From Octopus sinensis (Eukaryota): 64,000 nt of DNA. Below are positions 37,965-50,823 of the stretch, in pieces. Position numbers and translations under genes: made by a program. The stretch lies in the NCBI RefSeq assembly GCF_006345805.1, contig NC_043004.1, positions 87,296,001 through 87,360,000 of the forward strand. Direction: 5' to 3'. Position 1 is the first letter of the stretch; the number at the start of each line of letters is the position of its first letter. The notes beneath the pieces were generated by a model. That model was not told the origin of the DNA. It saw nothing but the letters and a program-made list of their open reading frames with translations, and searched no databases.

Positions 37965-40900
37965 GTTTGAGAAAACATTTATTTTTTTCTCTCAGTTCAT
38001 ACACATTATGCAATGTGGACGTCGCCTACTAACTTGATATTACGATTCACTTTTAATATTCGTGCATCGCAACCCATTAATGACTTGCTGTTTACAATAC
38101 ACAATTGTTGTATAATAATAAAATGTGTTCCGGAAGTTTTATGACAAAGAACTCACCTAATTTAATATCTGTTGTTGTTTTGCCTCTCTGACAGAGCAGA
38201 CAAACCTATGATCAAATGTTCTCCATATATGACTATTTCATCGTCTTTCCTCAGACTTAACGCATCTGGGTGTATTATTTTATATTATTATTATTTTAAG
38301 ATGGAAGGGTATGATATGAGTGAGATTTAGCTTTCGTTATTTATAGGTCGAAAGATAACGAAAAGGTTTTCCGTGGCCTTGCTTTTATATACCGTAAATC
38401 CTCGAGTATAATACGAAGGGGATTTTTAGGGGGCTGTACCTCTGAAAAACCTAAACCTTGTATATAATACGCACCCCTTCTCTAACTTGAGCCAATGAGG
38501 TCTATATAACGCCTTTGGTTTGTAAAAATGTATACGGTAACATCCTTTATTATTATTGTATATATAACATAATGCAAACGTGTAGTTTTTTTTGTGCATT
38601 TTGTTTGCAGAAAATAAAGAAATAACAGTAATAACGTTTAATAAATGTTGCTTACTGCAAGTTATGGATGATTCTTTTATGACTTAATTGCTTTCAGGTT
38701 TAGCTTAAGGTATTTTCGTGCCCGACATCACAAAATGTGTCTGAATAAACATTGCCGGACAGTAAATAGAGACTCGGACATTGCTTAGAAAATAATTTTC
38801 ATTTTTAACCTCGTATATAGTACGCACTAGGGATTTTGACCTTTAAATTTTGGGGAAAAAATGCGGATTATACTCGAGGATCTACGGTATGCGGAAATAA
38901 AACAAGTGAAACAGAAACATTTTCAGGGCCTAACTACAATTATGTATTTGCAATTATGTTGGAAAAATTGTTTCTTTTTCGCATAATTCCTTTCGACTTT
39001 GTTTTATCAATCTTAAAAATGCATACTTTTTTCAATGAAATTTTCCTATGGTTATATGAAAGGGAATTTTAAAATCTTTTGTTTGGAGGGTCATCTCCTT
39101 CCCTGCTGCCACTAAACATTGTTAAATGCATATATTTTAAGGAACGTTTTCGTGTTTTTGAGGGTTTAGATTAAGATTAAAAGTTTTTATTTTATTTTTT
39201 AAATTTCCTGAAATTAATTGTACTTCCGTTCAAAGGGTAAAGATCCGTACTCTAGACCTTCGAAAACGTATCTGTGGAAAATTTTATCAAAAATAGGCCT
39301 TTAAAAAAAAAGTTAGGAAGAAATAAATTCGGAATGACGTGTGAGTTACATTCTTTTGACAGAAATGCGCCCCACTGATCTTGTCGCACCCCATCCGCCA
39401 ATTGATGTTTTGGAGATAATCATCTGAAGCTTATCTCTGAATTTCATTTAAAAAACATGCATTAAAAAATTATAAGAAAACAAATGTTCCTAGTGTAGGT
39501 ACAAAGTTACAAAAAATTGTATAAATATACATTTTTATGTAGAGATATTATTAAATACTATATGTGCAGCTATTATTATACCTATTTATTGGGTTCAGTA
39601 TGATTCAAAATTTTAGATACTAATTAATATTTTAATTGGCAGAATTTTGGAATAGTTGTCTTTCGAAGTCCCATACCTCATGGGAAAGGAAAAGAATATG
39701 GAAGCGACTAAGCCCTTTCAGGTAGTGCCCCAACATTGCTGCAGTCCTTTGAAATTTTTCAGAATCGTTATATTCCAAAATAACACTAAATTTATATTTT
39801 AATTAAGACAATATTGAGTAATGTTGTAATAACAAATACTTCGGGTACTGGGAAGTATGTCATTATTCTGCATTTAAAACAGTAAACCATAAATTGTTTG
39901 GAACACTGACAAATTTTAAAAATACCTTTAAATATTCTAAAATTCATTTAGAATGTTGTAGATTTATATATATATATATAATATTAGATTTGGAGTGAGT
40001 CTATCGATTTTTAGTTTAAAATTTGCTGTTTAAAACTTTAGTTTAAAACAAATTTTTGAACTAAACCTTGTTTAAGGCCACTCCTTTATAACAATCAAGT
40101 CCTGGTGATTCAATATTAGTCACTTAACAGGTTTGATTTCCCAAGTTACAATTTTGTTTTATCAATTCATTATAGTTACACACCTCAAAACAATGCATCT
40201 ATACACATTTTTCTGATTAGTTGTATAAACAAACATTAATCAATCGATAAGTTAACATTATAACACTAATTTAGCAAACTTCATTATTTACCTGTTGCGT
40301 CTATGTCCAGAAGACTTATAACAGGGAAAGATACAATGCTTATAATAGGCACTCCTCTAGTCAGAAATCTAGAATGACATAAAGTGTAAAATATAAAATT
40401 TTTTCCCATAAGATTACTTGAAAAAAAAAAAGCATAGTTCAGTGATCCCACGTTTATCATGGTAGATTAGTTCTGAGACCAGTCGCGATAACTGAATTTC
40501 CGCGAAGTAGGGACACCATATTTACAGTATTTATTTAACGTGTATTTGGACTTTTAAAACCCTCCTTGTACTGTTAACAACCAACCCATTACAGTAGCCT
40601 ATTAATAACAAGGACAACTGTTAAGCAATAACACTTTAGATTTTAAAAAATATTGTTACTATACTCAACACGAAGTTGAGGTAAAATTTGAATGATGATG
40701 GTGATGAATTTGCTGCACAGTAGAAATGATGATGATGATGAAGCTGCCCTTTCCTGGGACAGTTCTTCCACTTCTTCCAAAGGTGCAACCATAGTAGTAG
40801 TAGCAGGAACTGGCTCTTTTTTAAGAGGCTGCAAAAACATTGTGATAGGAAGTTGCTGTCACTGTTTCTTTTTCCGTTCAAAGAGCATCTTGTAGGGATT

Positions 40901-43900
40901 CATGACTTCATCAACCTTGTTGCAAAATTGCACAGAATGAACCATATCGTTGTCCCATTCTTGTGACCCCTCTTTCAATTCTTTAACCAGGTTGCAGAGC
41001 TTGGCTAGCCATTCCAAAATCAAGCCAGTTTGGTCGACAACTTCTTCCATTTCTTGCTGTGTTTCTTCTTCTTTGCTGGCCAACTTCATCAAGTCTTCGA
41101 GGTCTGCGTCGGTTAGTGGCTGTCTAATAGCGCGTCAATGTCTCCCACGGTCATGTCTGCAGAGCCATCACCTCCAATGATCACAGCCAACTACAAAGCT
41201 TTCTGTACTGCGGTGCGTTGGATTTCGGCAGGTGTAAATCCCTTGTCGTCATAATTAACCTCGGGCCACAAATTTTTCCAGCTTGCGTTAATGGTGGCAA
41301 GCTTCATTTCTTGCAATGCCTCCTGGATATTTTGGAGGCATGTAGTAATTGTATACTGTTGTCAATATGTCTTCAAGTTAAAATTTTCGTCTTCGTCTTC
41401 TTGGGCAGCATCCACAGAAGCAACAAGGTTCACCAGGACATTCCTTGTGTATAGGGCCTTGAACGCCATGACAACTCCCTGGTCCATTGGTTGAATAAGT
41501 GATGTGTTGGGCAGCAGGAACTCAATCTGAATGCCCTCATGCGACAGATGAGTAGCGTGGCCACCAGCGTTATCCATAAGGAGAAGAATTTTGAATGGCA
41601 AGCCCTTCTCTAATAGATACATCTTGACTTGCGGGATAAAACACTGGTGGAACTAGTCGAAGGCCAGCATCTTCATTATCCACGCCTTTGGATAGCAGAT
41701 TCTTGTACAGGTAGCAGATTCTTGTTTTTGTTTTTTAAAGCCCTTGGGCTTTTAGACTTGTAAATAAGTCCTGGTTTTAACAAAAACCCCGCAGCATTGC
41801 CACACACCACAAGCGTCACACGATCCTTGTATGCTTTAAAGCCAGAGGCTTTTGCTTCCTCTATGAACAGGAAAGTTCGCGACGACATACTTTTCCCAAA
41901 CAAGCCCATCTCGTCCATATTAAACACTTGTTCAGGCTTATATCCACCTTCGGAGATAATCTTCTTGAAAGTTGCATTCACGTATGTTTCAGCAGTGCTC
42001 ATGTCAGCAGAAACAACCCCGCCATGCAGGGAAATGCTTTTCAGGTCAAAGCATTTCTGAAACTTAACAAACCACCCTTTGCGAGCAGAAAAAGGACGTT
42101 TTTTTAGGTTGTGAATCACTGGATGTCCCTGGTTGTGGATCTTCTACGTCGTCTTCATCTTCTTCCTTTTCTTCGTGGTCGCCACTGTTGTCTTCAGGTT
42201 CCTTAGCAGCGAAAGTCTCGTACAGGCACCTAGCCTTTGTTTGGATGATGTTCATATCCAAGGCTATGTTCTTTCGGCAGTTTGCTATCCATATGGCCAA
42301 AGCAGCTTCCATATAGATGATAGTTTTATTACTTGATGTAACCACTCATTTTGTCTTCCTACTGTTAGCCTCGTCCTTCTTGATGTAGCGAATGGTGGAT
42401 TCGTTCATGCTAAAATGGCAGGCTATGGCAGCGAAAGTTCTTCCTTCAACATATCCAGAAGTTTCACCTTCTCAGCGATCGTCGTCATTCTTCCTTTGCG
42501 TTTTGGCTCAGTACCAGCTTTGGAAGAAGCAGCACGTTTGGGAGCCATTGCAGGGGATGAAAATGCAAAGAAATAAATAAATCACACACAGCACAGCGTA
42601 AAATAGTACAGTAAACCACTCAGCGAGAAATCTTGAAGCGAAATGGTCACAAAAGAGAGACAAGGGAAGATGCTGCGGATCTGAGCATCAGTCAAAGCAC
42701 CAATCACAGGCCAGATTACAAAATAGAAAACTGTCTCTCCATTGCACCAATCACAGCTCATCTTAAGTTCAAATACCCCTGTATATGCTTTTTTGCTATT
42801 TTATACACTTGTTTTGTTGTTCCTAGATTAGGAAATAATATTTATTATTAATATTTTAATGGATTTAATGAAAAAATTTAGGTGTTCATATATATATATT
42901 TTAAAAATCCGCGATAGTTGAATCACGAAGTAGCGAGGGATCACTGTATTGCTTACTAATGACATGGATTGCATTTTTATTTTTAAAAATTTTTTTCTAG
43001 AAATTAGTAATAAAGAAGTTATTAACATTTAAAGTTATGTAAATTTTGGAAGAAATTGAACAATGTTTCATGAAGTTTGTACCTGTTAAATTATTGGCTA
43101 TCTTTCGGTTTAACTCAAATTTTGTCAACAAAGAACTCGGTATTTTCCATGAACATGTGTTGTCTTGGGAAGGGAAAGCTAATGAATTGTACGTGCTGGA
43201 ACAAGCACGCACACCTCTTCCTATTTCGTCAACTAACAGTTGACAAGACAACACATGTTCACGGAAATTACTGAGTTCTTTGTTGACAAAATTCGAGTCA
43301 AACCGAAAGATAGCCAATATATATATATATATATATTAAGTCTATATTCTAGGGTGTGACAAATTCAAAGAAGCTATGTCGGGCCATTTAGAATAAAGAA
43401 CTTAGATAACTCTGACAGTGAATAAGCGTTTGATATAATCAGTCATACGATATTGTATTATTTTATATTTAGTATTCCTACAGATGTGTACCCCCACCCG
43501 ACTTTGTTTCCTCATAACTTCCAGAAAAATGGATATTTTTGAATGAAATTTTCCACAAATATGCTTCAGGTGGTGTACATTTTGATTATATCGGAGTATG
43601 TGGTGAAAAAAAAAAATTTCTGAGGGTGCGGTGAGGAGTTTCACAATATGCACACAAAATGGCTTTCTTTAGTCATAACTTTCAGAAATATGGGTAATTT
43701 TTTATGAAATTTTACAAATAACTTTCAGATGGTGTAGATTATGATTATATTGGAATTTAATATGACAAACAAAAATCAGTGGGTTTGTACTCACTAGCGT
43801 AGCTAGAGTGTGTGCCACCCGGGGCTGCCCTTCCGTATGCCACCCTTGGACCCCACAAAAAAGCACATATTACCTCCAGCAGACCCGAAAGTGCCGCCGC

Positions 43901-46900
43901 TACGCAAGTGCTTGTACCCATACATATACTTAGTAACACACGTCACAAAATAGAACTTGGAATTTTGAAAATTTGCATGAGGAGCTGGAATTTGAACTAT
44001 AAAGTACTGGGAGAGCATGTATGAATAGTATGCTAAATGAACAACTTGTGGAGAGAACGATTTTTCTTCAGAAAATTGTATTAAGCTAACGATTTGAAAT
44101 TTGAACAACAAATTACTAGTAGGCTTCATACACATACAAAAGTTGGAGAGCATATATGAGTAGTTTGAAAATGTATGCGTTTTATGTAGTTTGCAAATTT
44201 TTGTACTTTTATAGAAAATAATATTTTTCATGTTTTGCTAAAAGCAACAAGGGATTGAAAGAAACAAGACAAAGTAAAAGACACACGTATATATTGTATT
44301 TGCTATTGGTAGAAGAACAAATAAACTTCTAGAGTTTAGGTGTGGCTTGGAACAGATTATCCCTATTTCAATTACTCATGTAACAAACAATTTGGTTAAT
44401 GAACAGAGATCCCAGTGTTTATATATAAAAAACAATAACATGTAACTGTAAGCATAATGAGACATTGAATAATTAAAAAATTTTTTTCATCTTCAGCAAC
44501 TGACATATTTCACTGAGCAAGAAATCTTAGAGTAAGTTAAAAGAAATTTTTTCTTTCTTTCTGTGTATGTATGTGTGTGTGCACACACGTGCTCTGTTAT
44601 CTATTAAATCATCATTCTGTGGTTTGTTCACACCTTGCTGATCAGCAAAAGAGAAAGCTATTTTTGAATCTCTTTAAAGAAAGTTAATCTTGGAAAATAT
44701 TATATGGCATATCTCTGTGTTTAAGAAGATCATGTCATAACCTTGTGATTCCAGGTTTGATCTTGCTGCTTGGCAACTTGGACAAGTGTGTCCTGTTCTA
44801 GTCTCAGGTTGGCCAATGTGCATAAAATTTGGGAGATGTAAAGCCTGTCATGCGCTTGTTTGCATCTTTGTTTACTGGTTCGAGTTGTATCCCTTGTTAT
44901 ATAAAGAAAACCTCCACAAACCTTAGCTTTTCAATAAAATCAGTGCCAGACTAGAATGAGTTTATATAGTCAATTGAAACACTACATGACAATGCCATGT
45001 CATGGCTACATTCCAATGGTCAAAGCTAGTGAAGGAGTAGTCTACCATTCATCAATTTCATGAACTTGTTTTAACATAGAATATATTATGTGTATATTTA
45101 ACTTATTTCCTTTTTCTATAATATTTTAGGGCTTTCCGGATGTTTAAATCTCTAGGGAAGGAAGAAGTAAAACAAAATGCACTTAAGGCTAAAATCCCTT
45201 TCCCCAGGATTCAGGAGCTTCCTCAACTGAGAGTAAGTGACATCTTTGAGTTTCTGATATATATATATATATAGTCCAACCCGTGCTAGCGCGGAAAATG
45301 GACGTTAAACGATGATGACGATGATGATGTGTCCCACCCATGCCAGCATGGAGGGCAGACGTTAAACAATGATGATGAATGCCAATCTGATGAAGTGCCA
45401 TTCCAAATATAATCTTCTGAATATTTCACATGAAATCATTTAAGTGCAATGGCTTTAGGAATGGGATGGTACCGATATAATTGTAACTAATTATAACCCA
45501 GATCAGCATGGAACATGGACGTCAAATGCGATGTGCTAAATTCATACGCTTATAATGCATTTATTCTTAATTATATTATATGTTACTCTTCATGGAGCCG
45601 CAATGGCCCAGTGGTTAGGACAGCGGACTTGCGGTCAGAGGATCATGGTTTCGATTCCCAGACCAGGCGTTGTGTGTGTTTATTGAGCGGAAACACCTAA
45701 AGCTCCACGAGGCTCGGTAGGGAGTGGTAGCGACCCCTGTTGTACTCTTTTGCCTCAACTTTCTCTCCCTCTTTCTTCCTGTTTCTTGGGTAACGCTGTG
45801 ATGGACTGGCGTCCCATCTAGCTAGGGGGAACACATACGCCACAGAAACCAGGCACATGAGCCTGGCTAGGTTTGAAAAGGGCAAAAAAAAAAATAGAAA
45901 AAGATGTTACTCTTCATAAGACTCACACATTGCTTTTACTAGTGAGATAGCTGGAATTTCTGCAGCTTTCAATTTTAATTAACCCTTTAGTATTTAAACC
46001 AGCCAGAGCCAGCCTCTCGCACCTACCCTATAATATTATTCTAAAAATAAACAATCATGTCACTGAAATCTTGAACCTACAAGGTAATGCATGATTTGAT
46101 ATAAAACAATGTGGATAAATAAGAATTACAGTTGATAAAATAATCTGATTGTTAAAATATTACAGTTTCAATTCAAGATTGTAGATAGCCAGGAGTTCAG
46201 TTTGAGTGTTGCATTAAAAATGCGCTGATTTTCTATTCTATTATGACCTGCTATTCACTTCCCAAGCATTTGGTTTGGGGTTCAGTCCCACTGTACGGCA
46301 ACACGGGCAAGTGTTTTCTACTATAGCCTCAGACCAACCAAAGCCTTGTGAGTAAATTGGGTCAGCAGAAACCCAAGTCTGTTGTGTATATGTGTATGCA
46401 AAAGTGCTTATGCTTCCTTAAATAGGAGGAAATATAAATAATGTATATGATGTTTGTTGGGCTCATGATTTCAACTCCCTGACTTGGCAGTGTGTTGTGT
46501 TGCTGAGCAAAACACCTCATTTCACAATGTTCTGGTCCACCCAACTGCAAATAAGTCAAACCTGTGACAGACTGGCTTCCTATTCATTGGGGAGTGTTGC
46601 AGTTAGTTATATATCATGGAAACCAGATTAAGTTTTGGACTAATAAAACTATGGGCTTATGACAGACCTGATTCTAAGTAATTTATTGATTTTTCAGATG
46701 AATCCTTTCCGTGATCGTATTTGTGAAGTTTTTTCCTCAACTGACGATGAGCATATGAATTTTGAAGACTTCCTACATATGATGTCTGTCTTCAGTGACA
46801 AGGCACCCAAAGATTTAAAGGCTCATTATGCATTTAATATCTATGGTATGTTATAATTTACTTTTAATAATTTTCAACAAACATTTAAAAAAAATTCTGT

Positions 46901-49196
46901 AAATTGTTTTATTTATTAAATATAACGACATACAAAATGTTGCAGTAGGTACATTCAATTTGTCATTTTCAGATCTTGATAATGATGAAAGAATTTCTGA
47001 ACGTGACCTTCTCGAAGTTTTGGATCGACTAACAGTTGGTATGAATATGGGTGAACAGAGCGAATATTTGCTGTCACTAGATGAAAAACAGAAAGTAGTT
47101 GAAGAAGTAAGTTAATCAGCTGCTAGCATGACTATGTGGTTAAGAAGTTTGCATTCCAACCACATGGTTACAGGTTCAGTCCCAGTGTGCAACACTTTAA
47201 CCCTTTCGTTACTATATTTCTGACCAAAATACACCCCTTATGTGTTTCAATTAATTTCTAACATGATCATAAATTTAGTATGGTTTCATTAAACAACTAT
47301 AACTTTTTTATTTATCAATATATAAAACGTGAATTTTGGAAGATAATTTAATGAAATTTTCTCAACCAATTCTATACTATAATTTTTGTCACAAAGTGAC
47401 TCTAATTGCAGGTAGATACAGGTAAATTCAACAAAATATAAAATTATTAAAATTTTGTTCAAACATCGCTATAGAAAATGGGTTATTAGCTAATATTCAA
47501 TTGGGTATACAACAAAATTTTACTATAGAATTTGTTATTCTGGGTAACTTTCTGATACCCATAATAATATTTATGGCAAAATAAGCCCTAATTCCATTTA
47601 AGGTTGTGGGAAACCACAAAGTATCCTTTCTTTCGTTTTGTTTACATTTAGCGTAACGGTTCGTTTCCGCTGTAATGATTTCAAATAGGCTCATTTGAAA
47701 AAGTAAAAAGAAATAGTCTAAGGCTTTACTCTTCTGGGAAAGTCTGTGGCTTGGTCCAGTTTCTTCAGAAAAATCTCCGAAAGAAACAGTTTTTAAATTT
47801 TCACTCCATTTGGGTGCCAATTCATTTTCTTTATCACTGTCGGAGCTCTCGGATTCACTGTTTTCACTTTCGGAAAATGAAGCATCAGATTCATTATCAA
47901 ATACCATGTGCTTTTTTTTTTCAGTCATAGAGTTAGATTTATAATAATAATAATAAACATTGTGTACAGTGCTCAGGTGCACTACAACTCATCGAAAGTG
48001 TATATATAATCAGGTGTAGTTTCGACGGATTTCGGAAAGCATGAGGGCCTTAAAGGATGCAGTGTCATGGCAGTCAACACAGTAGAAAATCTTTCGAATT
48101 CTGACTCGCTGCTTGATATAATGAAATTCGTATCCATTTTTTGTCAGAATTACAAATTTTGAAAACACAATAGGAACAAATTTTTGAAAAAAATCTCCCA
48201 AAATTCACGGAATAAAAATTACACTTCGATTTTTGTACAAAACTGTAGTTGAACTGTTTACGAAGTATAATACGTGTTTTCACGAATGTACTAAAGAGAT
48301 TTGCTCTGATATTCTCATTTAAATATGAATAGGTAAATTCGGGCGGTTTGGTCACATTAACCAAAATTTTTTTCGGGCGGTTTGGTATCGAAAGGGTTAA
48401 CAAGTGTCTTCTACTGGGCTGACTTAATACCTTGTGAGTGAATTTGGAAGATGGAAACTGTAGGAAATCTGTTATGTGTGTGAATGTTGATATCCTACGG
48501 TTTCACTTGAGTGAACTGGAAAATGATGATGACCTGTTTTGTCAGCATTATGAAGATCACTACACTTTCAAAGACCTGAAGGATTAAAATTAAAAAAAAA
48601 AAAAAACCTTCCTTACCTGTAAAGTAGGTTGATGACAGGAAAAGTATCTAACTGTAAAATCTTGCCTAAAATATGTTCCCATCCAACTCCTGCTAGCACA
48701 GAAAAACAAGCATTAAATTAATGTATGCTTAGATGCTGGCATAGCTGTGTGGTAAAAAGTTTGCTTCTCAACCCCATGGTTTCAGGTTCAGTTGCACTGT
48801 GTGGCACTTTATGCAAGTGTCTTTTACCATAGCCCAGAGTCGATCAAAACCTTGCCAGTGGACTTGGTAGGTGGAAGCTGAAAGAAGCCTATTGTGTGTG
48901 TGTTTATATAGGCAAAGTTGCTGAGTTCCTTTTTAGTGTTGGGCCTCACAGAGGCAATGACCGAGACCTATGCTTGAGAAGAAGACCCATCAAGCCAAGA
49001 AAAATTGCAGTTGTGGCAGATACTGGTGTCAGGCAAATGGCACCTTTGCCAGTGACATGTAAAAGCAGCATTAGGAAGGGCCTCCAGCCATAGAAAACCA
49101 TGCCAAATCAGAGTGGAGTTTGGTGCAGCTTACCAGCCCCAGTCAAACCATCCAACCCATGCCAGCATGGACAACAGACGTTAAATGATGATGATG

Positions 49197-49230
<34 letters not shown>

Positions 49231-50823
49231 TTGTGTCTCTTTATCTTGACATTGTATTAGAGTTGTAAATGAGTGTCGTTCATTTCCAATATTCTATGAG
49301 AACATACCTGGCCGAGGGGAAATGTTAACCTTGCTTGGAAACAGATGAAGGTTGTTGACAGGAAATACATCTGGCCTTTGAAAATCAGTCTCACCTCCAA
49401 CTCATACAAGCATGAAAAAGTGGATATTGAATGACAATGATTATTCATATAATTTTGTTTTTCTTATTATAGATCATGAAAGTTGGTGATCTAGATCGTG
49501 ATAAGGTACTTTCCTTTTCTGAATTTTGTCACATCATTGATAAAGCTCCAGATTTTCTAAGGTAAACAATATTTTTTTTAAGCATATATGAATTTGCATA
49601 TTTCAGTAAAATACTTAAATCTCTCATTCAATTATTAAAAAAAATTTTCAGCCATAATGTCTACCTTCTCTGATAGTATTGAAGTCCTAAGTAAATTTTG
49701 TGTTATTTTCAAGGCCTTCATTCAATTGATATTAATCACACATTATCTTGTAGCTTCAAGATATCTGTATGATTGTTTACTTTTGGAATGACATTGTTGG
49801 GTATGCATGAGAGGCTAGGTCTGGCTAGTTTGAATATAAAGCAGAATATTTATGCCAGATATGATAAGTTTGATTAGTAAAAGGAGTAAAACGTTCTGCT
49901 AATCACAGAATGCAATGCAATTTATAATATAATTTTCAAGTCCCTTACGATTAATTTATGCTTTGAAACCCTGCTCAAGTCAATTTTAAAGAGCAGTCAC
50001 ATATTTGGCACTTGAAATTTATCTTTTGTGAGGAGTAAAGAGCAAAGCGGATAAGATTTTAAACTAAATTTGTGGGTTAGGGGTTCAAATCAACTGTAGA
50101 TATTTCATTTCTTGATGGGCTACTTTATTCAGTAGGTCTCAGAAATAGATATCAAGCTGCCTTCCAGTAAAGGGTATAAGACATTTTGGTGCTGCTGACT
50201 TGGATATTACGAATTTATTTGACTTCAAATGTTTTCATGTTTCTTTCATTCTATGTGTATGAACATATTTCTCTGCATGTGTAGAAAGAGAGGGAAAATG
50301 TCTGTCAGTTGTGTCCAATTAATTAATTGTAGTGTCTATCTCTAGTAGAAACAAGCTGAAGGATCTGATCAGCTGTGCCAAATTGTCTCATTCCATCCAT
50401 TAAGGTAGCTACAACTGGTTAATCTACTTTCAAAGAGTTACCACCTTCTACACACAACAGAAACAAAAAGTTAGCTATTCACTCTGAGACCCATACAAGG
50501 ATTAACTTAAGTTGAAAATGAACATTATGATTAAAGCAGGCCATTCTTCAAAACTAATATTGTAATCTTTTAGTTAGACCCCCCCTCCCCCCCAAGAACT
50601 TATAGTTGAATATTTTCTTTACTTTTAAACAAAATTGTTCTGTGAAGCAAAGACTAACGTTTAGGTTGAGGCTCCACCAGATTTTTGCCCCAGAGAAAGT
50701 TATGCTTGCATCTGTGATATGTTTCCTAGCTGAAATGTGAAGTTAAATACTATTTGAATTTTAATCAATATTCTAAAGATTTTTTTTTTTTGCTGTTTCA
50801 GTTCATTTATCATTCATCTTTAA
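37914..50823 (+). CDS. CIB1: Calcium- and integrin-binding protein 1-like EF-hand protein, complete, 193 aa: join(37914..37964,44497..44531,45130..45232,46698..46845,46973..47106,49473..49561,50802..50823)
   Basis: Seven exons total 582 nt in one frame: MGLTSSALKQKDLDEYQ-QLTYFTEQEILE-AFRMF...LPQLR-MNPFRDRICEVFSS...NFEDFLHMMSVFSDKAPKDLKAHYAFNIY-DLDNDERISERD...-IMKVGDLDRDKVLSFSEFCHIIDKAPDFLS-SFIIHL*. It has an MGxxxS myristoylation motif and a CIB1-like C-terminus. CIB family membership is secure; the CIB1 versus CIB2/3 assignment is less so. Confidence 0.92.
38392..38887. mobile_element. Tigger/pogo-type MITE, intact ends
   Basis: TIRs ccgtaaatcctcgagtataat / attatactcgaggatctacgg, TA on both sides. 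Confidence 0.88.
40440..42946 (-). mobile_element. Near full-length Tigger (pogo superfamily) DNA transposon with frameshifted TIGD1-like transposase (ATG 42548)
   Basis: TIRs cagtgatccc / gggatcactg, TA on the right. Transposase pieces MAPKRAASSK...EKVKLLDML, FSARKGWFVKFQK, QVFNMDEMGLF, KDRVTLVVCGNAAG, ILLLMDNAGGH, LIQPMDQGV. Confidence 0.93.
43094..43317. mobile_element. Tc1/mariner-type MITE with ~75-bp TIRs
   Basis: ttggctatctttcggtttaactc...catgtgttgtctt is mirrored by aagacaacacatg...gaaagatagccaa; TA on both sides. Confidence 0.88.
43792..43910. mobile_element. Small hAT-like MITE
   Basis: TIRs cactagcgtagc / gctacgcaagtg; degenerate 8-bp TSD tttgtact / cttgtacc. Confidence 0.6.
44497..44531 (+). 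CDS. CIB1: CIB1-like exon 2 (QLTYFTEQEILE)
   Basis: cttcag acceptor, gtaagt donor, 35 nt. Confidence 0.9.
45130..45232 (+). CDS. CIB1: CIB1-like exon 3 (AFRMFKSLGKEEVKQNALKAKIPFPRIQELPQLR)
   Basis: ttttag acceptor, gtaagt donor, 103 nt. Confidence 0.9.
45597..45885 (+). mobile_element. tRNA-derived SINE, family D
   Basis: tRNA-like head ggcccagtggttaggacagcggacttgcggtc...ggtttcgattccc followed by the body shared with 25245. Confidence 0.8.
46698..46845 (+). CDS. CIB1: CIB1-like exon 4 (MNPFRDRICEVFSS...KAHYAFNIY)
   Basis: ttttcag acceptor, gtatgt donor, 148 nt; CIB hallmark NPFRDRIC.VFS. Confidence 0.96.
46973..47106 (+). CDS. CIB1: CIB1-like exon 5 (EF-hand 3 loop DLDNDERISERD)
   Basis: ttttcag acceptor, gtaagt donor, 134 nt. 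Confidence 0.93.
47201..48396 (-). mobile_element. Internally deleted piggyBac element inserted into a family A SINE in CIB1 intron 5
   Basis: TIRs ccctttcg / cgaaaggg with TTAA on both sides. ORF 47497..47982 encodes an acidic N-terminus plus LDYFFLLF..IITAETNRYA..W.PTT..IRAYFAINIIMGIRKLP (PGBD/DDE_Tnp_1_7 start). Confidence 0.92.
49473..49561 (+). CDS. CIB1: CIB1-like exon 6 (EF-hand 4 loop DLDRDKVLSFSE)
   Basis: ttatag acceptor, gtaaac donor, 89 nt. Confidence 0.94.
50802..50823 (+). CDS. CIB1: CIB1-like last coding exon (SSFIIHL*)
   Basis: long T-tract plus tttcag acceptor, TAA at 50821-50823. Confidence 0.85.

Noticed and set aside
39680-39721. MGKEKNMEATKPFQ followed by gt as a possible CIB1 first exon
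   Set aside because: Runs into a SINE tail fragment; 37914-37964 fits the CIB exon 1 length and sequence
45597-45675. tRNA-like sequence
   Set aside because: It is the head of a SINE with no proper acceptor stem and continues into a repeat body; not a tRNA gene
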